A stretch of 64,000 nucleotides of DNA from assembly GCA_017429165.1 (NCBI GenBank), contig JAFRPL010000014.1:130113-194112 (forward strand), given 5' to 3'. Numbering within the stretch: position 1 is the stretch's first letter; every line of letters starts with the position of its first letter. The notes under the pieces are model-generated. The model ran no database searches. It had not been told where the DNA came from and saw nothing but the letters and a program-made list of their open reading frames with translations. Of this stretch, positions 53,034-61,895 are shown in pieces. This DNA is from Clostridia bacterium (lineage in GTDB: Bacteria; Bacillota; Clostridia; Oscillospirales; CAG-382). The translations under genes were made by a program, and so were the position numbers.

Positions 53034-54788
53034 TCAGAGGACGAGCGTAAGGTTGTTCAAGCCGAGAGAATTGACGTAATTTGCGCTTTTGACCATCTTC
53101 ATGACCATTCTAATGCCTATATGCGCGGTCGGCTCGTCGACGCGGTGGAGTTCCATATACTTTACGGGATCGAAATCCGCGCAGTTGTCGCGTATACGTA
53201 TGACGCGCCTGCCGCCTTTATAAACCAGGCGGATATCTATGCTGTGCTCCTTGCCGTCGCCTGCAAACCCGTGGCGCACGATATTGACCGCCATTTCTTC
53301 TATGCAAAGCGCTAAAAGAGAGCTGTTTCGCCGCGTTTCGCCGTAGCGGATACAGAATTCCTGCGCTTTTTCCGAAGCTTCAACGACACGCTCTATGGAA
53401 TCGGCGGAGGTTTCAAAGCAGTCGTTTTGAGCGGCGCCGAATTCCGCGGGCAGGAACGCGAACGTTTCGGCGGAAAACGAGACGCGGCGGCTTTTTATGA
53501 ATACGATGGCCGCCATTATGATAAGCGTAAGCGTTTCGCCGCACAGGAACGAAAGCCAAACGCCCGTGACTCCCCAAAAGCGTGAAAGCAGAAACGCAAA
53601 CGCCGCGACAAGGGCGAAGTTCTGCATAAGCGAAATCGCCTGCGTGAGCCACGCCTTGTTCACGCCCTGATAGTAGTTCTTGAACGTGGTGTTCAGCGCG
53701 CCGGGCAGCAGCGAAAGCGAAAACAGCCGCACGCCCAGGACCGCCATATCCGCCGCGGCGGGCGCTTCGGTAAGGAACAGCGCCACGAGCGCAGGCGCGG
53801 AAAAGAACACCGCGACAGTCAGCAGCGAAACGAGCAGCGCCGAATAGAAAGACATGGTCTTGACGAGCGAGCACAGTTCGGATCTGTCCTCGTCGCTGTA
53901 AAAGATGGAAGAAAGCATAAGCGCGACCGAAGCGACGCCCGAACCCACGCAGTAGCAGATATTGCCCACGGTGGAAATGACCGAATACGCAGCCACGGCG
54001 TTGTTTTTGCCCACGTCCAGCAGTATGGAGTTCATAACGAACACCATAAGGACAAGACTTACCTGATTCACGACCGTAGGTACGCCGTATTTGAGCAGCG
54101 TGCCGCAGGTCTTAGCCTTGACATAAGCAAAATTGAAACGGAACACGCATTTCTTTTTGAAGAAATACACAAGCCCTATGAAAAACGCTATGTAATAGCT
54201 CACGCTCGAAGCGACGCCCATGCCGAACGTGCCCTGCTTTACCACGAAGACGTTGAGGATATCGAGCGCCACGTCCGCCGCGGTCATAGCCGCCACGGCT
54301 GTGATGAGGCGCGTCCTGTTGCCGGTGATCTGCATATACGGCACCATTATCTGTGCAAATATGAACGCCGGCGCGCCGATTATGAATCCTCGCAGGTAGT
54401 CGCGCGTCAAAAAGAAAACGTCGTTGCCGGGTACGGGATTGCCCGCGCCGAGCAGGGTGCAGATAGGCGAGGAAAAAAGTATGACCAGAACCGAACCGGC
54501 GACCGAAATGACGAACGCCAGAAACACCGATACCGAAAAGCACGCGTTGGTGCCTTTCATGTCGCCGCCGCCCATCGTCTTGCCGCACATCACCTGTATG
54601 CCGGCCGAAAGCGTCGTCCCGACCGCCGCGAAAACGAGCAGCACGGGAGTGGCGAGCCCGTAAGCGGTCATTGAATCGACGCCCAGAAAGCGGCCTATCA
54701 TGATGCTGTCCACGAGCATACACAGCATGACGGTCATCGACGATATTATCTGTGCGGAAAGCATTTGCCTGAAAACTCTTTTTATCAT
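53034..54788 (-). CDS. MATE-family efflux transporter fused to a C-terminal cytoplasmic RsbW-like HATPase domain
   Basis: A 12-TM MATE-like body (MIKRVFRQMLSAQIISSMT...). The ~130-aa tail has the N box CIEEMAVNIVRHGF and the G1-like motif IRDNCADFDP. The G2 box is degenerate (AHIGIRMVMKM). Confidence 0.8.
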   Translation of the reverse strand: MIKRVFRQMLSAQIISSMTVMLCMLVDSIMIGRFLGVDSMTAYGLATPVLLVFAAVGTTLSAGIQVMCGKTMGGGDMKGTNACFSVSVFLAFVISVAGSVLVILFSSPICTLLGAGNPVPGNDVFFLTRDYLRGFIIGAPAFIFAQIMVPYMQITGNRTRLITAVAAMTAADVALDILNVFVVKQGTFGMGVASSVSYYIAFFIGLVYFFKKKCVFRFNFAYVKAKTCGTLLKYGVPTVVNQVSLVLMVFVMNSILLDVGKNNAVAAYSVISTVGNICYCVGSGVASVALMLSSIFYSDEDRSELCSLVKTMSFYSALLVSLLTVAVFFSAPALVALFLTEAPAAADMAVLGVRLFSLSLLPGALNTTFKNYYQGVNKAWLTQAISLMQNFALVAAFAFLLSRFWGVTGVWLSFLCGETLTLIIMAAIVFIKSRRVSFSAETFAFLPAEFGAAQNDCFETSADSIERVVEASEKAQEFCIRYGETRRNSSLLALCIEEMAVNIVRHGFAGDGKEHSIDIRLVYKGGRRVIRIRDNCADFDPVKYMELHRVDEPTAHIGIRMVMKMVKSANYVNSLGLNNLTLVL

Positions 54789-54997
54789 ATATAAGGCTCC
54801 GTTTTTTGATGAATATATTGTACCATATAACTGCGGTTTTTTCAAGTGATAAATTTCGCACGTTCGACAGTTTTCGCTTGCTGTGAAAAACGGCAAGAAG
54901 GCAAAAAACCACTTGTAGAATCATTTGACGTATGCTATAATGATACGGGCGAAAACCGTTTTGCCGAATGATCTCCTAAAAGGACGGTATATGCGAT

Positions 54998-56122
54998 ATG
55001 AAAAAGATCATCACACTCATCCTTGCGCTGCTGCTCTGTTCCGCCGCGCTGTTTGCCTGCGGCAAGGCTGGCGCGTCCGGGCTTCGCGGCTCGGCGGTCA
55101 CGCACGAGACCAAGTTCGGCGGCGTATATTTTGACAAGACCATTGAAGAATTCAACGCTTTGGGATTTGAATACGGCGACAGCGTGAACATAACGTTTTC
55201 CAACGGAAAATCGCTCGCAGACATCCCCTATTACAACGGTTATTACGTCGATATAGGCTATCCGCTGCTGGTGGCGTATCCCGGGTACCCGTATATAGAG
55301 GCCATGGTCAACTACGGCGACGATCTGTTCGTGACTCTGGAGCTCGACGAAACCTGCACCGCGGATATCGAGCTGTGCGAGCGCGGCAAGTATGCGGGCG
55401 TGCAGAAAGCGCGCGACATACAGTATTCCGACGAGCAGGGCGATCAGAGCGACGAAGTGTTCGCCAATTTCCGCGCCGTCAACATGGGAGAGTTGAAAAA
55501 AGACGTGCTCTACCGTTCGGCTTCGCCCTGCAACGACGAGCACAACCGCGCCGCCGTCACCGACAGGCTCGCCGCCGGAGCGAAAATAGGATTTATGCTC
55601 AACCTTTCGGATAACGAAAGCGATATACTCGGCTTCATCGCCGCGGACACGTTCGATTCGCCTTATTTCCTTTCGCTTTTCAACAGCGGCAACGTGGCGC
55701 CGCTGGGGCTGAGCGCCAACTTCAAAAGTGCGTCTTTCGGCGAAAAGCTGGCGCGCGGTCTCGAAGCGGTCGCGCAGAGCGAAGGCCCGGTGCTGATCCA
55801 TTGCGTGGAAGGTAAAGACCGCACCGGCTACGTGCTGATGCTGCTCGAAGCGCTGTGCGGCGCTTCTTACGGCGAGATAGTCGACGACTATATGCTCACC
55901 TACGATAACTACTACGGCATAAACAAGACGAGCGACCGCGAACGGTACGATATTATCAAAGAAAAGAATCTTGACGTAATGATATCCTATATGACCGGCA
56001 CGCCGGCGTCGGAAGGGTTCGAAAACGCCGACCTGGCAAAGAGCGCCCGCGAGCTGCTCGTAAGAATTGGTATGACCGAAGAATCGGTGAACAGACTGTA
56101 TTCAAAACTGACCGGAGAATAG
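54998..56122 (+). CDS. Lipoprotein with a CX5R tyrosine/dual-specificity phosphatase domain (Y_phosphatase3-like)
   Basis: Lipobox ALFAC|GK. Active site is IHCVEGKDRTGYV. An N-terminal ~130-aa beta-rich domain has unclear identity. Confidence 0.75.
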   Translation: MKKIITLILALLLCSAALFACGKAGASGLRGSAVTHETKFGGVYFDKTIEEFNALGFEYGDSVNITFSNGKSLADIPYYNGYYVDIGYPLLVAYPGYPYIEAMVNYGDDLFVTLELDETCTADIELCERGKYAGVQKARDIQYSDEQGDQSDEVFANFRAVNMGELKKDVLYRSASPCNDEHNRAAVTDRLAAGAKIGFMLNLSDNESDILGFIAADTFDSPYFLSLFNSGNVAPLGLSANFKSASFGEKLARGLEAVAQSEGPVLIHCVEGKDRTGYVLMLLEALCGASYGEIVDDYMLTYDNYYGINKTSDRERYDIIKEKNLDVMISYMTGTPASEGFENADLAKSARELLVRIGMTEESVNRLYSKLTGE

Positions 56123-56139
56123 ACCTGTAAATAAACATA

Positions 56140-56170
56140 CCCGTCCGCGAAAAACGCGGACGGGTTTTTA
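56140..56170. terminator. Bidirectional terminator
   Basis: Stem cccgtccgcg / cgcggacggg, loop aaaaa, then TTTTTA. Confidence 0.85.
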
Positions 56171-56183
56171 CATATATTCTGTT

Positions 56184-57761
56184 CTAACGCTCGGTGAGCG
56201 GGTAGGAATCGCCGAAGAGCACATGGCGAAGCAGATAAATCGCGTCGTTGGAACTGACTTTTCCGTTGCCGTCGAAATCGGCGTAAGCATAGATCGCGTA
56301 CGATTCGCCGAAGAGCACGTGGCGAAGCAGATATATGGCGTCGTCGGAATCGACGTCGCCGTCGCAATCCAGATCGCCGAGCTCATATTCATAGACTCCG
56401 GCGCCCGCGGTGATATAGTGTTCGATACTGCCGTATGAGTTCGCCAGAAGCACGTATTCCAGATAAACGTCTTTTTGCTTTCCGGGGTTGACGTTCACGC
56501 TGAACACGGGCGACGATGCGTCCCAGTGATAAAGCGAATCCAGAAGTCCGCCGTCCGCGGAACGCAGGTTGACCGCCAGCACGCCGTTATTTTTTAAGAA
56601 AAGCGTGAACGTGCGCGGACGCGTGCCGCTGTTGTAAAAGCTGAGCGTCTCTTCGTAAACGACCATCCAGTTGCCTATGTTGGCGGGCTTACCGGTGCCG
56701 TCGTTGTGGTAAATATCTATGACTACGGGCGTGCCGTCTTCGGTGACGCATTCGAACGGCATCATGTCGGTGCCTATATATTCGTTATGGTTGGTGGGAT
56801 TGATGTGCGTGAACCAGCCGGTGCCGGACATATGCCTGACCGAAGGTTTGCCCGTGTAAGCGCCGTACACGCCGTACGAAGTGGGATCGTCGTAATATTC
56901 GACGTCGTATTCGACTTTTAGCTTATCGCCGTCAGGCAAGCTGTCGTTGACGTTCCACGCCATGGAAGCCTGCGCGCAGAGATAAGGCGCCGACCCCAGA
57001 TACTGTCTGCCGTAGTTTCTGCCGTCGCGTTCGACTATATATCCCTGCTGCTTATCGGTCGTGACGGGCGAAGCGGACGAGGTATAGCAAACGAATGCCA
57101 GCGACACGCCGCTCTTGGGACCCTTGACTTCGAAATACACCGCGCCGTTGACGACCTGACCGTCGCCCGCAAATTTGTCGGCGGTATTGCCGACGTTGAT
57201 ATTCTTGTACGAATCGGCGGAAGAGCCGCCCATAACATATATATATTTTCCGCTGGGGACGGTATAAGTGACTTCTTTGAAGTTGCTCGGAGCGTAGGTG
57301 TTTGTAAAAGAGTAATTTCCGCCCGCTTTCTCCAGACGGTATTTGGTGTTGAAAAAGTCGGTCCATTCCACCTGGCCCACCCAGTCTATACCGGTCTGGT
57401 AGCCGATGTTTTTGACTTTTACTTCGATATCCTGACCCGAATCGTTGCGCAGCTGAAGACCGAGAATTATCTTCTTTCCGGTGAGGTTGCGATTTTCGCT
57501 GGTAAAATAGACTTCTCCGCAGACGTTTCTTTCTATGAGCAGCGCCTGGCCTATGTTGAAAGCGTAAAGCGCTTCGGGATTGTTGCAGTAAATGAATTTT
57601 CCGCCTCTGCGCAGCGAATATTCGATTTTTGCCGCGGCGTTCGCCTCGCCGGGATCGTCGGGTTCCGTGAGCCCGAACGGTGAAGAATAGGCGAACGCGG
57701 GCAGAACGGCGCAGAACAGCGCCAATATGACTGCGAGCAATATGCTTACGGCTTTTTTCAT
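56184..57761 (-). CDS. Secreted protein of unknown catalytic/binding function with a C-terminal type-I dockerin
   Basis: Has a signal peptide. Two dockerin Ca-binding repeats are present: DLDCDGDVDSDDAIYLLRHVLF and DFDGNGKVSSNDAIYLLRHVLF. Confidence 0.85.
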   Translation of the reverse strand: MKKAVSILLAVILALFCAVLPAFAYSSPFGLTEPDDPGEANAAAKIEYSLRRGGKFIYCNNPEALYAFNIGQALLIERNVCGEVYFTSENRNLTGKKIILGLQLRNDSGQDIEVKVKNIGYQTGIDWVGQVEWTDFFNTKYRLEKAGGNYSFTNTYAPSNFKEVTYTVPSGKYIYVMGGSSADSYKNINVGNTADKFAGDGQVVNGAVYFEVKGPKSGVSLAFVCYTSSASPVTTDKQQGYIVERDGRNYGRQYLGSAPYLCAQASMAWNVNDSLPDGDKLKVEYDVEYYDDPTSYGVYGAYTGKPSVRHMSGTGWFTHINPTNHNEYIGTDMMPFECVTEDGTPVVIDIYHNDGTGKPANIGNWMVVYEETLSFYNSGTRPRTFTLFLKNNGVLAVNLRSADGGLLDSLYHWDASSPVFSVNVNPGKQKDVYLEYVLLANSYGSIEHYITAGAGVYEYELGDLDCDGDVDSDDAIYLLRHVLFGESYAIYAYADFDGNGKVSSNDAIYLLRHVLFGDSYPLTER

Positions 57762-57843
57762 GATTATCACCTTTTCCCTTTTTTCCTATATCATTATACC
57801 GCATTATACCGCGCCGGGCGCGCTTTGTCAACACGCCTTTTCG

Positions 57844-57877
57844 AATAAAAATGCCCGTCCTGAAACGGAACGGGCAT
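57844..57877 (-). terminator. Rho-independent terminator after the sipW-like gene
   Basis: On the minus strand: atgcccgt-tccgtttcagg-acgggcat, followed by TTTTTATT. Confidence 0.75.
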
Positions 57878-57887
57878 TCGTTGTAAA

Positions 57888-58499
57888 CTATTCGGTTTGG
57901 TCGCGGTCGTTTTTGCCGCCGTTTTCGCCAAGCTCCTGTTTAAGGCGCTCAATTTCGTGCATAAGCTCTTCGGCTTTGTCGGATTCTTCGCTTTCGGCAG
58001 CCTTGCCGCGCACCGAAACGAACAACAGCGCGAACAAGACCAGCAAAACTATGAAAAGTCCGGGGACGGTACGTATAAAGCGCGGTATCGCACCCACAAA
58101 AGGTATTGCAAATAACATTTTGCCTTTTATGCGCGAAACGGAAATAGGATCGTCATCGGTGTTGTTTGCATCACCGCGTGTGATTATGATTCCGCTTTGC
58201 ATATCCGCCTGCACCACACGATGGACGACCGGCGTTCCGCCGGTGGAATAGACGACTATGTCGCCCACTCCGTATTCGCCCGACTTGACCACAAAGATGA
58301 GGTCGTTGACCGAAAGCGCGGGCTCCATACTGCCGGAAAGCACCACGGCGCTGCCGAAGCCGAGCGGCATTGGCAGCGGATCGCCGGTTGCGATAACGGC
58401 GACAAGATACGCCAGGCAGTACAGCGCTATGATGACGGCCAGCGTGACGCAGATCGTCTTAAGTACGCCGGCCTTTTTGCGTGAAGCTTGTTCGTTCAT
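57888..58499 (-). CDS. SipW-type (S26B) signal peptidase I
   Basis: Motifs VVLSGSMEPAL, GDIVVY, VVHRVV and TRGDANNTDD. A C-terminal TM and a coiled-coil tail are present. Confidence 0.85.
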   Translation of the reverse strand: MNEQASRKKAGVLKTICVTLAVIIALYCLAYLVAVIATGDPLPMPLGFGSAVVLSGSMEPALSVNDLIFVVKSGEYGVGDIVVYSTGGTPVVHRVVQADMQSGIIITRGDANNTDDDPISVSRIKGKMLFAIPFVGAIPRFIRTVPGLFIVLLVLFALLFVSVRGKAAESEESDKAEELMHEIERLKQELGENGGKNDRDQTE

Positions 58500-58511
58500 T
58501 TAAAGGCGCAA

Positions 58512-59267
58512 TTATTCCTCTTCCGCTTTTTTGCGGCGTCTTCCCACAATTATGAGTACGAGGCACACACCGGTGACTACCAGCGCGATGATCTGCGGCA
58601 GCATGCTTCTGTCGCCCGTCTGCGGAGGAATGACTTCCTCTTCGCCTTCGACGACAATATAAAGTCCGAGCACTATGTTGTCGGCTTTGCCTTCGGCCGC
58701 AAGGTTGCCCAACGCAGTATCGATCTGATCCTGAGCGTCGCTTTCGTAGAATTTCCATTTCCATTCAGTGGTGAAATCCACGATCTCTTCACTCTTGATC
58801 ACGCCGGTGTACGAAGCTATCACATCGGCGCCGGCGGCGTGTTCGGGCAGCACGTATTCGTCGGTAAGCGTGCCTTCTTCGCAGATGAGATCCGCGGTGA
58901 CGGGCAGCTCGCTCGACTGGATGACGTAGAGCGTGGCGATATATGTCGCCTCTTCCTTATTTGCGTTTTTGAGGCGGACTATACTGTCGCTTTCGGTGCC
59001 GGGAGCGACCACCTTATCGCCGTTGTCGCTCTTGACGTTCTGATATTCATCCGAAAACAGGCGAAATTCCGCACAGCCGCAAGGGAGGATATTCTCGGAA
59101 GTCGACCAAACGAGTTCCTGGCCTTCAAGCGTGAGAACGTGATCTGGCGCTTCGCTCTTGCCGGCGTAAGTGAAGAAATAGGTGAGTGGGAGCGTTATGA
59201 CTTCGCAAATGAACAGAATAAGCACAACGGGAAGAATCCAACCGGTCTTGCTTTTTTTGCTTTTCAT
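58512..59267 (-). CDS. Exported protein with a C-terminal (S/P)PxTG-type sorting signal
   Basis: N-terminal TM/signal. The C-terminus is IPPQTGD followed by a hydrophobic segment and RRRKKAEEE. Flanked by two SipW-type peptidase genes. Confidence 0.75.
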   Translation of the reverse strand: MKSKKSKTGWILPVVLILFICEVITLPLTYFFTYAGKSEAPDHVLTLEGQELVWSTSENILPCGCAEFRLFSDEYQNVKSDNGDKVVAPGTESDSIVRLKNANKEEATYIATLYVIQSSELPVTADLICEEGTLTDEYVLPEHAAGADVIASYTGVIKSEEIVDFTTEWKWKFYESDAQDQIDTALGNLAAEGKADNIVLGLYIVVEGEEEVIPPQTGDRSMLPQIIALVVTGVCLVLIIVGRRRKKAEEE

Positions 59268-59337
59268 TGCGTTGCCCTCCTTTCTTCTGAAGAAATGGTA
59301 TTTAATGTGTTATTATTCGGATATTTGAACGCGCAGT

Positions 59338-60225
59338 TCATTGGTTGCCTGCGCTTTCTTCGCCTGCGGCGGTAACGTTGTCCTGCTGAATATCTGGCGA
59401 TGCGTCTTTGCCTTCCATTTCAGCGACACGCTTGCGCAGACGTTCGAGCTCGTCTTCGAGTTCGTTGACCTTGCCGCCTTTACCGGCGTTGCGCTGCCTG
59501 CGGATAATATCGTAAATGATGAATGCAAGCACGGGGATGCCGATGAAGATCACCATGCCCCACGGCTTTTGCAGAAACAGCACCAGAGCTCCGAGCTTGG
59601 CAACTCTGCTCTTGTAAACGCCTATTATGTTCTGCGGCCTGACAGGTACAGTATCAATGGTATTGTTGGCATCGCCTTTAGTACGGTAAACGCGCGCGCC
59701 GTCTATTTCAGTCACTTCGACTATACGGTGAGTGATGACCATTCCGGTTCTGTCACCATTGTCATTAGCTTCGAAGAATGTGATTATTTGACCGACCTCA
59801 AGATCCTGAAAATCACCGCCGCCTACGAAAATGAGGTCGTCGACTTCGATATGGCCAGATGCGGGGCGCGAAGCGATGAAGACGATAGGACCGTCGTCGG
59901 ATGAGGAAACGGTCTCGACTATATTGGTTTCGATATAATCGCCGCTCTTGGTCTTGAACGTATCGCCGACTTTAAGCGACTGTATCTGTTCCTCGGTAAG
60001 ATCAATTATGCTGTCGGAAACGACTCTGTGTGGTTGATCGCTGCTCATAGAGCCGGATTTGACGACCATTGGCGTTATGCCGAAAACCGAAGGAGGCCAA
60101 TCGGGATTTATGAGGCCCTTGACTATAATGGTGATATTCATTAAAAGCAGAGCTCCGAATACCACACACAGAATGATACCTATGACGGTTACCGTTCTGT
60201 TCAATGCCTTTATGTTACCTTTCAT
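59338..60225 (-). CDS. SipW-type signal peptidase I paralog with a ~60-aa insertion after the Ser box
   Basis: Motifs VVKSGSMSS, ITHRIV and TKGDANNTID. A C-terminal TM and coiled coil are present. The start is uncertain: ATG at 60225, and the ORF is open to the TTG at 60288. Confidence 0.75.
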   Translation of the reverse strand: MKGNIKALNRTVTVIGIILCVVFGALLLMNITIIVKGLINPDWPPSVFGITPMVVKSGSMSSDQPHRVVSDSIIDLTEEQIQSLKVGDTFKTKSGDYIETNIVETVSSSDDGPIVFIASRPASGHIEVDDLIFVGGGDFQDLEVGQIITFFEANDNGDRTGMVITHRIVEVTEIDGARVYRTKGDANNTIDTVPVRPQNIIGVYKSRVAKLGALVLFLQKPWGMVIFIGIPVLAFIIYDIIRRQRNAGKGGKVNELEDELERLRKRVAEMEGKDASPDIQQDNVTAAGEESAGNQ

Positions 60226-60318
60226 TGCAAGCGAGTGGATTCCTTTCTTTTTCTTATATAAGCGCTGCGCAACTGCGCGCGCCGACAAAAGATACTATTC
60301 CATTTAATTATTCATGGT

Positions 60319-60347
60319 ATTATAACACACGGCACTTGATATGTCAA
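60319..60347 (-). promoter_or_regulatory. Consensus SigA promoter of the sipW-like operon
   Basis: On the minus strand: TTGACA (60347-60342), a 17-nt spacer, TATAAT (60324-60319). Confidence 0.7.
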
Positions 60348-60388
60348 CCCTTTTAATGCTTTTTTTAAACTTTGCTTTTCAATAAGCT

Positions 60389-60414
60389 GAAAAAAATCCG
60401 ATCTTTTGATCGGA
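60389..60414 (-). terminator. Rho-independent terminator ending the met/cys operon
   Basis: On the minus strand: tccgatc-aaaa-gatcgga followed by a T-run. Confidence 0.75.
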
Positions 60415-60440
60415 CTTTAGGCTTGAGCGCAGAATGCGCG

Positions 60441-60896
60441 TCAAACAGTATCTCTTTCTTCCGCCTCATAAAGCTTTTCGCCGCGCAGCGATTCGAACGC
60501 TTCGCGCAGTTCGCCGATCAGCTCGTAATCTTTTTTAGAATACTTTTTATACTGCGATATACTGTGGTATTCGCGGTCGTATCTCGGATCGGAAGGATCC
60601 CTTAGCGCATAACTGTAGCTCCACGGGCTGTAATCGGTGATAAAATCATCGGAATCGGGTCGTTTTTCAAGCGATCTTATCTTCTTTTGGCGCAGGAACC
60701 GTTCGAATTCCTCCGCTGCTTCTGCGGATACGGCGTACACGGTGACGCGCTCGGGCGCGCTGTGATGTTCGCGGTCGCGGCAGATAAAGCGCCATTCGCC
60801 GTTTTCGCCTCTTTCGAGTCCCTTGCTGTGATAAGAGCCGAGCATATCGCTGTAACCGGGTTTATATGAAAACGAATAGAGCACGAGTTCAGCCAT
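60441..60896 (-). CDS. Hypothetical protein (151 aa)
   Basis: The ATG at 60896 overlaps the metA stop by 8 nt. Charged and Tyr-rich. I recognise no domain. Confidence 0.5.
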   Translation of the reverse strand: MAELVLYSFSYKPGYSDMLGSYHSKGLERGENGEWRFICRDREHHSAPERVTVYAVSAEAAEEFERFLRQKKIRSLEKRPDSDDFITDYSPWSYSYALRDPSDPRYDREYHSISQYKKYSKKDYELIGELREAFESLRGEKLYEAEERDTV

Positions 60897-61857
60897 TATT
60901 TTTCTCCTTACCGTCGGCACGGACGTCCGCACCCGCGATATCGCTTATTGCGGAAATACTGTACGGCGTTTCCTGATACACGTAATAGTTGAGCCAGTTC
61001 GCGTATAGCAGATTGGCGCCGCTGCGCCAGTTGCACAGCGGTTTTTCGTTTTCGTCGTCGTTGGGAAAATAATGTTTGGGCAGCGAAATGTTTATGCCGG
61101 CGTTTTTATCGCGCCGGTATTCTTCACCCAGCGTGCCGACGTCATATTCGGAATGTCCGGTGATGAATATCTGCCTGCCGTCTTTGGAAGCTACGGCGTA
61201 AACGCCCGCTTCGTCGCTTTCGGCGAGTATCTCCAGCCCCGGAGCGCGGCGGATCTGTTCGGCGTCGACCGTGGTGTAACGCGAATGCGGCGTCCAGAAA
61301 ACGTCGTCGAACCCGCGGAAAAGCATTGACTGCCTGTCGAGCACGCGGTGAGCAAACACGCCGAAGATCTTTTCACTAAGCAGCGTCTTGCCTATGCCGT
61401 AATGATAATACAGCCCCGCCTGAGCGCCCCAGCAGATATGGAACGTGCTGAAAACGTGCGTCTTGCTCCATTCCATTATTTCGCAGAGCTCGTCCCAGTA
61501 ATCGACGTCTTCAAACGGCATATGCTCGACCGGCGCGCCGGTGATTATAAGACCGTCGTAGTAGTTTTCCCTGACTTCGGAAAACGGCTTGTAAAACGTC
61601 AGCATATGCTCCATCGAAGTATGCCTGGGTATCCTTCCGCTCACCGCGATCAGTTCGACCTCCACCTGCAGAGGCGTGTTGGACAAAAGCCGCGCCAGTT
61701 GAGTTTCGGTCACGATCTTGGTGGGCATGAGATTAAGTATGAGTATATGCAGCGGGCGTATATCCTGCGACGCGGCGCGCAGAGTATCCATAACGAAAAT
61801 ATGCTCGCTCTGCAGAGTTTTGGTCGCGGGCAGGTCGCGGGGAATCTTGATAGGCAT
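60889..61857 (-). CDS. metA: Homoserine O-acyltransferase (MetA family)
   Basis: N-terminus [11 protein letters not shown]...[16 protein letters not shown] is a canonical MetA N-terminus. Confidence 0.9.
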   Translation of the reverse strand: MPIKIPRDLPATKTLQSEHIFVMDTLRAASQDIRPLHILILNLMPTKIVTETQLARLLSNTPLQVEVELIAVSGRIPRHTSMEHMLTFYKPFSEVRENYYDGLIITGAPVEHMPFEDVDYWDELCEIMEWSKTHVFSTFHICWGAQAGLYYHYGIGKTLLSEKIFGVFAHRVLDRQSMLFRGFDDVFWTPHSRYTTVDAEQIRRAPGLEILAESDEAGVYAVASKDGRQIFITGHSEYDVGTLGEEYRRDKNAGINISLPKHYFPNDDENEKPLCNWRSGANLLYANWLNYYVYQETPYSISAISDIAGADVRADGKEKNNG

Positions 61858-61895
61858 TTACGTTGCCTCGCTTTCGTTTTTTCTTGGGATGACCT

